A DNA stretch of 64,000 bases, from the sequence record NC_012638.1. One strand, 5' to 3'. The DNA is from Escherichia phage RB14. The position numbers and the translations under genes were made by a program. Positions 1 to 10,696 of this stretch are shown one piece after another. Position 1 is the stretch's first letter. Every line of letters starts with the position of its first letter. The notes beneath the pieces were generated by a model. It saw only the letters and a program-made list of their open reading frames with translations. It was not told where the DNA came from and did not search any database.

Positions 1-2178
1 TTAGGCCGCAAGGGCCTTCATAGTTTTAGCGATTTGGGAAACTTCATCATCACTTAAAGAGTTGCGATAACCGATGAAGTCGGAAACAATACGGAATTTC
101 TTGGTAAACTCAGCAACCATTTTATCACTGTTTTTTGAAGCATTATTTGATAATACATCAAAAAGATTAGTTACTGTCCAGATGTCATGACCGATAGTAT
201 CTTTTCCACCGTTGAAATATACACCCTGTAATGAACTAACCATATTAGCGAGTCGTGTATATTCTTCAGAAACTTCATCTACACTGAAGTACTTCATCAT
301 AAAATCTAACTCAGGATACTTGATAATTTTATCAATATATCGTTTAGCTGAACTTGAATAACCTACATACTTATCATAATCTACATCATCAAAAGCATCT
401 ACATATAAATCACGCAGAGTTTCAAAAATACATTGGCACTGACCAAGTTCTTTTACCTTTTTCTGTAAAAGCGGACGAATAACATAAAATTCATTAATGC
501 CAATAAGATTAGCCATACGAATCAAAATATTCGTAGATGGATGACAAAGCGATGTAGTACCATCCATAGAGAAAATATCAGAACGATGCATGTATGCTAC
601 ATAACCAGTAATTTCATCTGCTTCTGACGTAAGTGTAAACAATTCCTCTTTTTCCCAGCGCCCGTCTTTAATTTCAAACTTAAATGCAGTGGCAGCTTTA
701 GGACGAGGAGCTGTACTTTTTACTGCCTTTGGAATATAACTTTTAACTAAAGCTTCAATTTCTGACAAATAATGAATGTTAACTTCATCATTTTCAAACA
801 TTGCCATAATATCAGGGAGTAAATCAATCTGTGATTCTACTTCCGGATTAATAAACAGAAGACGCTCATTGTGATGAATATTTAAAGTGTTATTAAATTC
901 ACTATCATCTAATGCACGTGCTAATCCACGGACAATATTAACACGATTTTTAATATTATCAATAACGATATTAATTTTTGTTGTATTAATACCAAACAGA
1001 CGATAACTTGATGCAACGGCTGAAGTTTCATGGCTTTGCTTAATGCGTTTCAGTCGAGGGTCAAGATTTACTTCATACACAACTCCTGCATTACATAACT
1101 TACTGTCAGGTTCAAACATGCTCTGCATCTTTTTATATGACAGATTTTTAGTCGTGAATTTGACTGAATTACTAATCATATAATCTCGAGCAGAATACCC
1201 CATCTTCATCAATTCACGGTATGTGTGACGGGGAGATGTAGATTCTTTAAATCGTTTTACATCTTCATTAAATGCTTTCTCACTGAGTTCTTTAACTCGT
1301 TCAATAATATTTTTACGAGTGCGATCATCCAATGAAAGAGCTTCGCGTGATGGAGCAATATCCAGTGAACCCATTGGAAACTTAATGTAATTCACTTCAT
1401 TGCGAATGCTTAGCCAGTTACGGTCTCTAATAACACCATCGATAGGATAAACAATACCGCCATAGATAGCATATAATCCGCCGCGATCTGGCCAGTATCT
1501 TTCTGGATTTACGCCGTAATAATCATCAAAATCCGGAAAATAATCAATTTCGCGGTCAAGACCATTAATGATAGCCAAATCTTTGAACGGTCGCATGATA
1601 TAAGAAACTTCATAAGCAAAGTTTCTAAAGTCTTTTTCTTCAACTGGAACTACGATTTCAATACCAGTTTTATCATCTGGACCCATTTCTTTTACGAATG
1701 TAGGTTTAATCTGTGGGCCATCGCCATCCATGTAAGCTACATAACCACGAATTTCACCTTTATAGTATGAAGTAATACTAAACGTATCAGTATAACTAAA
1801 CGGAGATTTAGAACCTAAACCAAATCCGCCAATGAAATCGTTAGATTCAGCCTTAGATGAACTGAAGTATGAATTATACAGACCAGGAGAATTATCATCA
1901 CCTTGAATATCAAAATCACTCATACCCGGACCAAAATCTCGACAAACAAATCGTGGGTCTAAACGTCCAGGAACTTGTATAATAAATTTTTCAGGATTTC
2001 CATTAAGTGCATGAGCATCAATCATGTTAGTAATCAATTCACGGACTACTGCACGAATCTTGTTTGTATACAAATCAGATGACAGAATTTTAAATACTTT
2101 AGGAGATGCCGTGATGCTAAATGCTTTTGATTTAGAACCATTACCAAGAATTGTTTCTTTTTCAGTGGTGATAATCAT
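1..2178 (-). CDS. rIIA: rIIA protein, 725 aa, complete (stop codon at 1-3)
   Basis: 725-aa ORF; length and N-terminal sequence match T4 rIIA as I recall it; first gene of the T4 map, followed upstream by a small ORF and the topoisomerase gene. Confidence 0.9.
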   Translation of the reverse strand: MIITTEKETILGNGSKSKAFSITASPKVFKILSSDLYTNKIRAVVRELITNMIDAHALNGNPEKFIIQVPGRLDPRFVCRDFGPGMSDFDIQGDDNSPGLYNSYFSSSKAESNDFIGGFGLGSKSPFSYTDTFSITSYYKGEIRGYVAYMDGDGPQIKPTFVKEMGPDDKTGIEIVVPVEEKDFRNFAYEVSYIMRPFKDLAIINGLDREIDYFPDFDDYYGVNPERYWPDRGGLYAIYGGIVYPIDGVIRDRNWLSIRNEVNYIKFPMGSLDIAPSREALSLDDRTRKNIIERVKELSEKAFNEDVKRFKESTSPRHTYRELMKMGYSARDYMISNSVKFTTKNLSYKKMQSMFEPDSKLCNAGVVYEVNLDPRLKRIKQSHETSAVASSYRLFGINTTKINIVIDNIKNRVNIVRGLARALDDSEFNNTLNIHHNERLLFINPEVESQIDLLPDIMAMFENDEVNIHYLSEIEALVKSYIPKAVKSTAPRPKAATAFKFEIKDGRWEKEELFTLTSEADEITGYVAYMHRSDIFSMDGTTSLCHPSTNILIRMANLIGINEFYVIRPLLQKKVKELGQCQCIFETLRDLYVDAFDDVDYDKYVGYSSSAKRYIDKIIKYPELDFMMKYFSVDEVSEEYTRLANMVSSLQGVYFNGGKDTIGHDIWTVTNLFDVLSNNASKNSDKMVAEFTKKFRIVSDFIGYRNSLSDDEVSQIAKTMKALAA

Positions 2179-2188
2179 AATTTCCTCA

Positions 2189-2392
2189 TTAATTCATATT
2201 ACGCTTAATAACTTCAGCAACTTCTAGTAATTCATCTTTAGTTGCGGTGTCGGATTGAATTTTATCTCTAATATCTTTAAAGCGGTTTTTAAATTCTTCG
2301 GCTTCTCCCATATCGAAAAAGCGTTGAATGATTCTATATTCTCGATGAACTGCTTTATCAAAAAGTTCTAAATTTACTTTATATGATTTCAT
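2189..2392 (-). CDS. small protein at the rIIA.1 position, 67 aa
   Basis: compact ORF between rIIA and the topoisomerase gene; position equals T4 rIIA.1. Confidence 0.6.
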   Translation of the reverse strand: MKSYKVNLELFDKAVHREYRIIQRFFDMGEAEEFKNRFKDIRDKIQSDTATKDELLEVAEVIKRNMN

Positions 2393-2417
2393 TTCAATAT
2401 CCTCATTTGCCCAATTA

Positions 2418-2447
2418 ATTATACCACATCCTTGTGGTAAAGTAAAC
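2418..2447 (-). promoter_or_regulatory. T4-type early promoter (minus strand GTTTAC - 18 nt - TATAAT)
   Basis: plus-strand attata at 2418-2423 and gtaaac at 2442-2447; the same 32 bp recur at 46660-46689. Confidence 0.6.
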
Positions 2448-4267
2448 TACTGGCTCATCCATTCTTTACGAAGGTCAGCATTATCTCCCATGAGCATTTC
2501 AAAAAGCTCTTTCCAATTCTCAGGAAGTTTAACAACATCATATACTGGGTTTTGAATCATCTCACGATATTCAGATTTTTCCAAAGAACCAAGTCCTTTA
2601 ATATAACGGATGCTATGTTTAGGTAGAGCATCTTTGGCACTCTCATATTCAGCGACTGTATAAAACCATTCTTGTTTTTTACCGACCTGAGCGATGATTA
2701 CAGGAGTTTTGACAAAGCGAATTCTTCCTTGTTCAAACAGTTCTGGCCAATTACTAAAAAATCCGAGCAGAGAAGGATAAATGCTTCCTAAACCATCATG
2801 GTCAGCATCTGTCATAATAGCAATATTATGATAATTCAAGTTTTCAGCTTTTTCACCAAGAACTAATCCAGTGATTGCGCAAATATCAAATAGTTCTTTG
2901 TTTTTAAGCATATCAGCATATGACATACCCCAGCTATTAAGAACTTTACCACGCAATGGATAACCACCGTGAAGTTCTTTATCACGAACATCAATAAGAT
3001 ATCCGATAGCCGAATCACCCTCAGTCAAGAAAAGAGTAGTGTCAGCATCTTTACCACAAAGATTCGCTTTAATATGTTTATGAACCTTAGCTTTAGAAGC
3101 CTTTTTAGCTGCTTTAGTTTCTGCTGCTTTTTCTGCCGCCAATTTACGAGCCAAAGCAGCTTCAATAATCGGCATTAGAATTGCTTCATTATTTAGAATA
3201 GCGCGTGAAATCTTTTTAGCATCAAGCTGAATATGACTACGGATTTCACCAAATGGAGAAGTCAAACGCTCTTTAGTCTGAGAATCAAATCGCATGTTTT
3301 TCATATCACGAACAAACATAACGATAGTCAAACATTCTTTGACACGTGCTTTAGTCACATCAATTTTGAACTTACGTTTGATTTGTGGAATAAGGTCTTC
3401 ACAAATATCATCCATAACACAGTCAATGTGATGGCCACCATTCTTAGTATGAATGTTATTGACGTATGTTAATTGACGAAAACCATCCGGTGAACGACCA
3501 ACCGCAATAGAACAATTTTCTTGTTCTTGAACGATAGCATGCTCATCATATTGGCGTGCATATTTCTTAAAATTGCCCTGAACCTTTTTACCATTAAAGG
3601 TAAATTGAATATCAGGATAAACTACTGCAAGTGTCTGGAGACGATCTAGTGTAATGTCAAGATAAACTTGGGACAGCTCATTAGTTTCAAATGACATAAA
3701 ATCAGGAATGAAAGTAACACGAGTTCCTTTCCATTTTCCAGGAATATCTTCCCATGATTTATTTTCCATGCCATTTGAACAACGAACTACAATATTATTT
3801 TGACCATCACCAGTTTCACCGACAAACATCACAGAAAAAATGTTTGTCAAACTAGAACCAACACCATTCATACCGCCAGTGACGCGTTCTTTATCATCAC
3901 CAAAGTTACCACCTGCTTTTGGAATAGTCCACGCAGCAACTGGACCAGGAATTTCTTCACCGGTAGGTGTTTTGACCATCGCTTGTGGAATACCACGACC
4001 GTTATCTTCAACTGTTACTTGATTGTTTTTAATAGTAACATTAATTTTATTTGCGAATTTAAACTTAGTACGAATACCTTCATCTACTGAGTTATCGATA
4101 ATTTCATCAATAAGCTTAACAAGACCAGGTACATACTGAACACTTTCCCATTTACCAAACAGAAAGCGCTCATGCATTTCATTAGCAGAAGAGCCAATAT
4201 ACATGCCGCTACGCTTTTTGATATGTTCAATATCGCTCAGAATTTTAATTTCATTCTTAATCATCAC
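2447..4267 (-). CDS. 39: DNA topoisomerase II large subunit, unsplit (equivalent to T4 gp39 plus gp60), 606 aa
   Basis: GHKL ATPase and TOPRIM-type motifs in the translation; a single 606-aa ORF where T4 has genes 39 and 60 separated by mobA and a translational bypass. Confidence 0.9.
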   Translation of the reverse strand: MMIKNEIKILSDIEHIKKRSGMYIGSSANEMHERFLFGKWESVQYVPGLVKLIDEIIDNSVDEGIRTKFKFANKINVTIKNNQVTVEDNGRGIPQAMVKTPTGEEIPGPVAAWTIPKAGGNFGDDKERVTGGMNGVGSSLTNIFSVMFVGETGDGQNNIVVRCSNGMENKSWEDIPGKWKGTRVTFIPDFMSFETNELSQVYLDITLDRLQTLAVVYPDIQFTFNGKKVQGNFKKYARQYDEHAIVQEQENCSIAVGRSPDGFRQLTYVNNIHTKNGGHHIDCVMDDICEDLIPQIKRKFKIDVTKARVKECLTIVMFVRDMKNMRFDSQTKERLTSPFGEIRSHIQLDAKKISRAILNNEAILMPIIEAALARKLAAEKAAETKAAKKASKAKVHKHIKANLCGKDADTTLFLTEGDSAIGYLIDVRDKELHGGYPLRGKVLNSWGMSYADMLKNKELFDICAITGLVLGEKAENLNYHNIAIMTDADHDGLGSIYPSLLGFFSNWPELFEQGRIRFVKTPVIIAQVGKKQEWFYTVAEYESAKDALPKHSIRYIKGLGSLEKSEYREMIQNPVYDVVKLPENWKELFEMLMGDNADLRKEWMSQ

Positions 4268-4316
4268 TTATCCTCGTTTGGTTTCGGGAATATTATACTC
4301 CGGTAATCATAAAGCT

Positions 4317-4334
4317 AAAGGCCCGAAGGCCTTT
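4317..4334 (-). terminator. hairpin with UUCG tetraloop on the minus-strand transcript
   Basis: aaaggcc-cgaa-ggccttt inverted repeat (plus strand); reads GGCC-UUCG-GGCC on the minus RNA. Confidence 0.55.
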
Positions 4335-4603
4335 TATTTAAAACGGATAGTCGAATCCTTGAAGAATAGACCAGAACATACTGTTCCTTCTACTTTCTGC
4401 CCAGTAGGTCCAACAGCACGAAATCCAGTGTGTTGGAAATCATTTTCAGAGCAACCGAACCAGTTATATCCAGTGATTTCAATATTAGTAAAACCACTTG
4501 AAGACAAAACTTTGGTTGCATTATCAGCATCAGTACATCCTACTAAAGACACTGCTAATACTAATGCTGCGATAGAACGATTAATATATTTCATAATTTT
4601 CAC
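4334..4603 (-). CDS. putative lipoprotein, 89 aa
   Basis: N-terminal signal peptide with lipobox LVGC. Confidence 0.5.
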   Translation of the reverse strand: MKIMKYINRSIAALVLAVSLVGCTDADNATKVLSSSGFTNIEITGYNWFGCSENDFQHTGFRAVGPTGQKVEGTVCSGLFFKDSTIRFK

Positions 4604-4977
4604 TTAAATTTAATGGCTTGAAGAAGACTAATAACTCTCAAGCGACTTCTTTCATCTTTAACTGTAAAGGAAAGAGGGTCACCAGATTTCATAGTGATAG
4701 TGCATCCAAAATCAAAATTTTCGGGAACTTCTTCGAAGAAGTCAAATTCTTCAGCATAAATTAGAACATTACTCTGCATACTGTGAAGAATTTTTCCATT
4801 ATTTCCAGACGCTGTACTAATCATCGTAACATTATGACCTTTCATATCTTCAACGATAAATTCGCTTGTAGATATTACAGCATTAATAGAACCATTCCTA
4901 TAAATAGCAGACATTAGATATTTCTTTTCTTCGCCTTCGCGAATACGATATTTCTTACCGATTTTAAACATAATCAC
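4600..4977 (-). CDS. hypothetical protein, about 123-125 aa
   Basis: ORF table; tabulated start is GTG, an ATG lies two codons in at 4969-4971. Confidence 0.5.
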   Translation of the reverse strand: MIMFKIGKKYRIREGEEKKYLMSAIYRNGSINAVISTSEFIVEDMKGHNVTMISTASGNNGKILHSMQSNVLIYAEEFDFFEEVPENFDFGCTITMKSGDPLSFTVKDERSRLRVISLLQAIKFK

Positions 4978-5149
4978 CCTTTAAGTAAGTCGTAAAATCC
5001 ACCATTCACATGCTTAGGAGCAGAAGGCCGACGAGTAGACAAACGATGACATTTAGGGCAAACATCATTTTCTCGTTCAGAAATCTTTTTAATTTTTTCA
5101 TATTCATGCCCGCAGTCTTCAGATTGGCATTTATAATCATACATTGGCA
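4974..5149 (-). CDS. small zinc-ribbon protein, 58 aa (not in ORF table)
   Basis: my translation MPMYDYKCQSEDCGH...CPKCHRL has two CxxC pairs; stop overlaps the downstream start; fills the gap between flanking genes. Confidence 0.45.
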
Positions 5150-5152
5150 TAA

Positions 5153-5578
5153 TTATTCCTTAAAATGAGCTTTCAGCATCTGATACAAAGACCATGCCTG
5201 TTCATTATTTTCAATAGTAACTTTCATGACCGGGAATTCTGTGAAATCTTCTATTTGTTCTTGCTCTTTCTCTTCCTGCTCTTGCTCTTCAGCAGCCTGA
5301 TATGGATTTTCCACTTCATTAAAGAACTCGGCTTCGTTGCTAGAAAGCCAGATAAAGTTTTCGTCAATGACTGTACCTCGTGATGAATATCCAACTATGC
5401 CAGTAGATGTCACAATTTTAGTAGGACGCCCGTAATAGTCAACATCTAAAATTTTAAAAGGTTCCATACCTAAACGCCGCGCATAGATTCCATTATCAGT
5501 ATGGTCTTTAATAAAAGATTCTTGAGCTTGTTTATTTTTGAATTGATACCATTTATTAACTTCAAATTTAATAGCCAT
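5153..5578 (-). CDS. hypothetical protein with acidic [11 protein letters not shown] tract, 141 aa
   Basis: ORF table; same length as T4 goF as I recall, but sequence identity not verified. Confidence 0.5.
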   Translation of the reverse strand: MAIKFEVNKWYQFKNKQAQESFIKDHTDNGIYARRLGMEPFKILDVDYYGRPTKIVTSTGIVGYSSRGTVIDENFIWLSSNEAEFFNEVENPYQAAEEQEQEEKEQEQIEDFTEFPVMKVTIENNEQAWSLYQMLKAHFKE

Positions 5579-5796
5579 TAATAAATTTCCTTCCAGTAAG
5601 TTGTGCCATCTTCAGTAATTTCACGAAATACACCGTAAATTGGCTGTTTATCACCGACTTTCTCATACACATAAACCGAAGTCAAGTGAGTAAACTTGAT
5701 GGTGTGTTCCTTTTGAACTACTACCAAATCTGGATCGAATAATACATCTTCAAATTCATCATTAGTGCAATTCTGAACAATTTTACGTTTCATCAT
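5578..5796 (-). CDS. hypothetical small protein, 72 aa
   Basis: ORF with GAGGAAA Shine-Dalgarno before ATGATG; downstream of a promoter/leader region. Confidence 0.5.
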   Translation of the reverse strand: MMKRKIVQNCTNDEFEDVLFDPDLVVVQKEHTIKFTHLTSVYVYEKVGDKQPIYGVFREITEDGTTYWKEIY

Positions 5797-5965
5797 AATT
5801 TCCTCATTAATTGAACATTGGAGCGATGCGTTTCAGAAGAGTAGCAGCACCTTTGGCGAATTATCCATTTTATTCTCCAAGCTGTTTTCTGTATCAGTAG
5901 TTGATATTGATATAGTACCATAATCAACTACTGATGTATATAGTTTTATGAAAAAATTTTAAACT

Positions 5966-6457
5966 TTATGCATAGCGAGCTTTGCTGTAGTGTTTAATCC
6001 AACTTTCAGGAATGACTTTGTATGTTCCTAAAAATACCGCGTTGTATAACTTAACGCCATCTTCTACCCATTGATCAGTAATGTATGCACACATAGCGCG
6101 AGTACGCCGAGGAAGTGGTTGTTCACCTTCGGTAAATTCGAATTCATAAGGAGCAATGAACTTAATAGCCTGACCGAGTTTCCACTTAAAGTCTACACCT
6201 ACATGTGAAGTATCAATCGTTTCAATTCCTTTAGCAGGAACAGCTTTCAAAAACGCAGATTCAAGAAATTTCGCACGAACATAGCCAAACTGAGGTTTAG
6301 ACTTTCCATCTTTAGGAATGATACGCACTTTTACTTCAGAATCTTCATCTTTAACGCCATGTTTAAGCTGAATGCTTACAATTTCAATCAATTTTCCTGC
6401 TGCTTTAGAACGGGATTTATCAGATACACGAGCAATTTCACCAATATTAATAATCAT
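5966..6457 (-). CDS. MotB-position protein, 163 aa; paralogue of the next ORF
   Basis: position between the goF/cef-like ORFs and dexA equals T4 motB (162 aa); C-terminal motif DQWVEDGV shared with 6534..7076. Confidence 0.5.
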   Translation of the reverse strand: MIINIGEIARVSDKSRSKAAGKLIEIVSIQLKHGVKDEDSEVKVRIIPKDGKSKPQFGYVRAKFLESAFLKAVPAKGIETIDTSHVGVDFKWKLGQAIKFIAPYEFEFTEGEQPLPRRTRAMCAYITDQWVEDGVKLYNAVFLGTYKVIPESWIKHYSKARYA

Positions 6458-6501
6458 AGTTATCTCTCACTTGTTAAAAAGATTTTATACTCCACAGGAC
6501 C

Positions 6502-6531
6502 ATTATACTCTGGTCCCAAGAGTTTGTAAAC
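6502..6531 (-). promoter_or_regulatory. T4-type early promoter
   Basis: plus attata 6502-6507 and gtaaac 6526-6531, 18-nt spacer. Confidence 0.55.
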
Positions 6532-6533
6532 TA

Positions 6534-7076
6534 TTAATTCAAAATAGCTACCACTGCACTACGAGGTACTACGCTAAAATCACCTGCATGAACAACGTTC
6601 AGAAGTTCAACACCATCTTCAATCCATTGGTCTGTTACCCAACCACAGACCGAAATAAATGGGGTCTTGATAGCTACAGCACGAGTCAAAAGGTCAGTAG
6701 GATCGCATTCTTGGAAGAGGATAAGCTCTGCTTCAAAGACTATAGTTTTAATTACTTCATCATTATCTAAGCGATGTGCTCGAATCACATAAGCTTTATT
6801 CTTATCATGCCAATTACTTTTTGAAAAACTTTTAACCACAAACTCGCCTTCACCAAAAACACTAGTCAATGCTTTATAACCCAAATCTAGTTCAGTAGTT
6901 TTAATTTCAGTTTCAACCAGTTTGTAGGTTTTGCCAATTTCGATGGTCCGAGCAGTCATAAATGTTTTCTTAATTTCTAATGGTTTAATAAGAGTGCCGT
7001 ACATGCTTGCTATATCCATATCAAACAGCTTATCTACAGGATTCGGTGTGTATTCAGGATTATAATTAAATTTCAT
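6534..7076 (-). CDS. paralogue of the MotB-position protein, 180 aa
   Basis: shares C-terminal motif WVTDQWIEDGVELLNVV with 5966..6457. Confidence 0.5.
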   Translation of the reverse strand: MKFNYNPEYTPNPVDKLFDMDIASMYGTLIKPLEIKKTFMTARTIEIGKTYKLVETEIKTTELDLGYKALTSVFGEGEFVVKSFSKSNWHDKNKAYVIRAHRLDNDEVIKTIVFEAELILFQECDPTDLLTRAVAIKTPFISVCGWVTDQWIEDGVELLNVVHAGDFSVVPRSAVVAILN

Positions 7077-7078
7077 AA

Positions 7079-7579
7079 TTATCTCATTTCAATAAAATCT
7101 ATAAGTTCAGCATGCGATTTGCGGAACATTACTTGGTGCCCGCCAATGATAACTTCATCTTCAGGAACTTCGTATACAGCGAGATAAAATCCTTTAGAAG
7201 ATAATTCTTCCCGCTCTTCTCGTGTGAACCATCTCATCATATCATACTCACTAGCGAAAGCAAAATGATAAAGAGCTATAAACCATCCTGGAATATGATA
7301 TTCTACTCCAACATAATCTTTCTTGAACTTAGTATTAATTACTATATTAGCGTTTTTAACTAATAGTTTATCTTCGTGTGGTAAAGGAATTCTTTTATTA
7401 TTATCGCTATGATGCATAAAATTAGGCCTGTCATAACCTACGTGTAATAGCCACTCTTCGCTCAATGAATCTATTATACTCCTGTACGGCGTTATTTGAA
7501 CACAAAGATCTCGACGTATTGTTATAGCATCTTCATAATCAAGAATACTAAACGATGATTCAACACGATAAATTTTCAT
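7079..7579 (-). CDS. hypothetical protein, 166 aa
   Basis: ORF table; tightly packed upstream of the paralogue pair. Confidence 0.5.
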   Translation of the reverse strand: MKIYRVESSFSILDYEDAITIRRDLCVQITPYRSIIDSLSEEWLLHVGYDRPNFMHHSDNNKRIPLPHEDKLLVKNANIVINTKFKKDYVGVEYHIPGWFIALYHFAFASEYDMMRWFTREEREELSSKGFYLAVYEVPEDEVIIGGHQVMFRKSHAELIDFIEMR

Positions 7580-7606
7580 TTTATTATCCTCAGTAGCTAT
7601 GGTGTT

Positions 7607-7636
7607 ATAATACTATAACTAACCGAGGAAGTAAAC
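7607..7636 (-). promoter_or_regulatory. T4-type early promoter
   Basis: plus gtaaac at 7631-7636 with TATTAT-like -10 18 nt away on the minus strand. Confidence 0.45.
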
Positions 7637-7642
7637 AACTTT

Positions 7643-8326
7643 TTATCGTTTAGTTGGAAGAGATAGAGGATCGCATTCTTCCTCTGATGGAGCGTCTTCA
7701 AGACCCATAGCATACCGCAAAGCATACTTCATCATCAGGATGTCTTTCGCACAGTCATGAATAGAATCATGTGCAACGAATCCATCTAAAGTTCCCTTTG
7801 GAAGAGGACACGTGGTCATATCACGAACAAGGAGAAGTGCTTCAATTCTGGTACGAATATCACGCTGATTCCAGAATTTACACGGTTCTAACTTAAATGT
7901 GTCAAGCTCATTCTCAGAAACGCCGTTAAGACGTTGAATATCGCGAATGAGATCGACTAAAATTGGAAAATCAAACGACATTCCACGGCACCAGCCTTGA
8001 GATTTCCAAGGATCGATATTATGTGCATTGATGTAATCATTAAATTTTGCAATACCGTCAATAGTGCTTACATCTTCATCTGATGGTGCAATATTTTTTC
8101 TAGCTTCAGGTGATTGATTTTTCCACCATTCAATAGTGCTTTTAGTAAAAAGACGATGTCCTTTTTGGCTTTTTAAATCAAATTTGATTTTAATGCCACG
8201 TGAAACTAATTCATCAAACGTTTCAACGACTTCTGGATTAGGGTCAAAAGCAATTACAGCCAAATCAATAACAGCTGCTTTTTCACCACTTCCCATTGTT
8301 TCAAAATCTATAATAAAATCAAACAT
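7643..8326 (-). CDS. dexA: exonuclease A (DEDD-type 3'-5' exonuclease), 227 aa
   Basis: length and N-terminal DFETMG motif match T4 DexA; position upstream of dda. Confidence 0.85.
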   Translation of the reverse strand: MFDFIIDFETMGSGEKAAVIDLAVIAFDPNPEVVETFDELVSRGIKIKFDLKSQKGHRLFTKSTIEWWKNQSPEARKNIAPSDEDVSTIDGIAKFNDYINAHNIDPWKSQGWCRGMSFDFPILVDLIRDIQRLNGVSENELDTFKLEPCKFWNQRDIRTRIEALLLVRDMTTCPLPKGTLDGFVAHDSIHDCAKDILMMKYALRYAMGLEDAPSEEECDPLSLPTKR

Positions 8327-8601
8327 TAAACTTTCCTCGCTAAATCGCGAATTTGGCCTACAGTATAGTCTTGAATATAAACTTTATTAATAGGTTCATC
8401 AATAAATTTTGCCATAGATTCAATGTCTTTTTGTATCTCTTCAAGACTGTATACTATCTTTGAAGCTTTTTCGCGAATAGTAATATTTTCAGGACCCGGA
8501 TTTTCTTCAATGACGGCTTTAATATTTGTCATAAGAGATTTAAACTGGTACCAACTCAATTCAATCATTAATAACCGCCTTATAAAGATGGCTAATTTCA
8601 C
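8326..8601 (-). CDS. small helical protein at the dexA.1 position, 91 aa
   Basis: ORF table; member of a recurring family of about 60-90 aa proteins. Confidence 0.5.
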   Translation of the reverse strand: MKLAIFIRRLLMIELSWYQFKSLMTNIKAVIEENPGPENITIREKASKIVYSLEEIQKDIESMAKFIDEPINKVYIQDYTVGQIRDLARKV

Positions 8602-8821
8602 CTAAAACATAATCACTGATTGTGACAGTTTTCACTTCACCACAAAAGAATTCTAACGCAATCAAATCTCGTTCAATTTCTTCTAATTGAAGCATTAACT
8701 TACTAGATTCAATTTTTACAGTTTTGCGATTTTTGCTATAAGCTATTTCATAAATTTCGCTCACTTTATCTTGAAGAAGATAAAACTGATCTTTAGTTAT
8801 TTCCACTAATAGCTTCCTCAA
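8561..8821 (-). CDS. small helical protein at the dexA.2 position; likely GTG start at 8806 giving 81 aa
   Basis: GAGGAAG Shine-Dalgarno precedes the GTG codon; N-terminus then fits the family pattern (EITKDQFYLL). Confidence 0.5.
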   Translation of the reverse strand: MRKLLVEITKDQFYLLQDKVSEIYEIAYSKNRKTVKIESSKLMLQLEEIERDLIALEFFCGEVKTVTISDYVLGEISHLYKAVIND

Positions 8822-9067
8822 ATTTAATCAGTAATTTACAAACACTTTCATCTAGTGTAATTACCGTATCTGTATTACTGTGATATGATTGTTTTTCAAT
8901 TCGTTTAATTGCTAATATAGTATCACTTATAAGATAAAGCTTCTGAAGGAGCTCAGCTCCTGTTACCATAACATTAAGATTATCTTGCTTATTAGTATGC
9001 TTCCTTATACCATCTATTAGACGATTTAAATATTTAAATATTTTGAATTGATGTTAATCATATATCC

Positions 9068-10387
9068 TCACACATAAAATACATCATAACGACCACGGGT
9101 GACACCAACATAAAGAAGTTGTTGAGCCAATTCAGCATCTGCGTAATGAATGCAAGGCGTATAAATGAAAGCACGGTCTACAGACATGCCCTGTGCTTTA
9201 TGGAATGTTGATGCAGGAAGTGCTTTCACTTTACTAAACTGTGATTTAGCATCCCAAAAATCACTCCATGGAGCTTTTCCGCCTTTGTTCCAATTTTTAT
9301 AAGTTTCTGCCGTTTTACCTAAAAATAGGTTAAACTTATACAGTTCTTCATCAGATGAAATTATTTTAATCTTTTCACGATAATATTCATCATCGCCATA
9401 AGTTTCTACTGTTAAATCCCAGTGACGAATTAGATATTCTCCAGGAACACCACGAGCTTTAACAAAGGTTGATGTATACTCTGCTTCTATAATACGAACT
9501 AATTGTCCGTTGTTAAAAATAATTTCTGACACAGGCTTTCCATCAATTTTATATGTTTTAATTAATGGTTCCTGCATTACAATAATTTCACCGACAATAA
9601 AATCTTTATCAGTTTCAAAAATCTTTTTACGAATAATGCTATTTAACTTATCAACAGATTTATTCGTAAATGCCATTACGCGATTTTCAAACAAATCATC
9701 TAGAGATTTGACGATTGAAAAATAATTTACCATAAAATCGCGTAAAGCGGTATCACCAGTAAATCCACGTACTCCATGTCCGTCAACAACTTTATCATAA
9801 ATCCACTTACCGTTACGAACGTCAGTAGCTACATCAATAATAGGAGCATTACTGCGTTTAACTTCAGTGAGTTCACACTGATAAAAATCTTTATGTGTAA
9901 AGAATGGACTGATATAAGCAGTGTTTTCTCCTGGGTCAACAGGTCTAATCTGCTTATTATCACCTATTCCAATTATAGTACACCACGGCGGGATAGTTGA
10001 AAGCAGAATTTTAAATAGCTTTCTATCATACATTGACACTTCATCGCAGATTAATACCCTGCATTTAGCTAAATCTGGTACTTCCTTCTGCTCAAAGAGG
10101 ACATTTTCTTCATATGTTACTGGGTTAATTTTAAGAATACTGTGAATAGTACTCGCTTCTTTCCCTGATAGTTTTGAAAGAATCTTTTTAGCCGCATGCG
10201 TAGGAGCTGCTAAAATAATACCAGTTTCACCCGTAGATATTAAAGCTTCAATGATGAACTTAGTAAGAGTAGTCTTACCAGTACCAGCAGGTCCATTAAT
10301 AGTTACATGGTGTTTCTTTTCTTTAATAGCCTTCATAACAATGTTAAAGGCATTTTTCTGGCCTTCGGTCAAATCATCAAATGTCAT
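9068..10387 (-). CDS. dda: Dda DNA helicase (SF1B), 439 aa
   Basis: Walker A GPAGTGKT; length and sequence match T4 Dda as I recall. Confidence 0.95.
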   Translation of the reverse strand: MTFDDLTEGQKNAFNIVMKAIKEKKHHVTINGPAGTGKTTLTKFIIEALISTGETGIILAAPTHAAKKILSKLSGKEASTIHSILKINPVTYEENVLFEQKEVPDLAKCRVLICDEVSMYDRKLFKILLSTIPPWCTIIGIGDNKQIRPVDPGENTAYISPFFTHKDFYQCELTEVKRSNAPIIDVATDVRNGKWIYDKVVDGHGVRGFTGDTALRDFMVNYFSIVKSLDDLFENRVMAFTNKSVDKLNSIIRKKIFETDKDFIVGEIIVMQEPLIKTYKIDGKPVSEIIFNNGQLVRIIEAEYTSTFVKARGVPGEYLIRHWDLTVETYGDDEYYREKIKIISSDEELYKFNLFLGKTAETYKNWNKGGKAPWSDFWDAKSQFSKVKALPASTFHKAQGMSVDRAFIYTPCIHYADAELAQQLLYVGVTRGRYDVFYV

Positions 10388-10695
10388 CGTAAATTCCCTG
10401 CAATTGGTATACTAACAATACGCCCAGTATCTAAAATTCGCTGATATAATCTTTGTGTGTCTACGTCAGGCTTAACATGTTTAACTTCTATTTTATTAAA
10501 CCAAAATTTACGTGGAGTCTCAACTAATCTTGGAATTCCCTTACCTAAAGCTAGTCGATACTGCTCTTTAAGAGTAGTAAATACTTTATCAGCAATCTTC
10601 CATTCAAAAAATACAGCAGGACGATGTTCATCAAGCGGAACTGGCGCCGTAAATCCGTCTTTGTCTCGGTAAACTATCGCATATACATAAACCAT
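10384..10695 (-). CDS. dda.1-position protein, 103 aa
   Basis: ORF overlapping the dda start by 4 bp. Confidence 0.55.
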   Translation of the reverse strand: MVYVYAIVYRDKDGFTAPVPLDEHRPAVFFEWKIADKVFTTLKEQYRLALGKGIPRLVETPRKFWFNKIEVKHVKPDVDTQRLYQRILDTGRIVSIPIAGNLR

Positions 10696-10696
10696 A

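Noticed and set aside
4203-4607. 134-aa plus-strand ORF
   Set aside because: Antisense to the topoisomerase 5' end and the lipoprotein gene on the minus strand; no start context
8821-9068. 59-aa minus-strand ORF in the gap upstream of the dexA.2-position gene
   Set aside because: Weak start context and it overlaps the likely GTG-initiated neighbour in another frame; kept out of the feature list as unsupported
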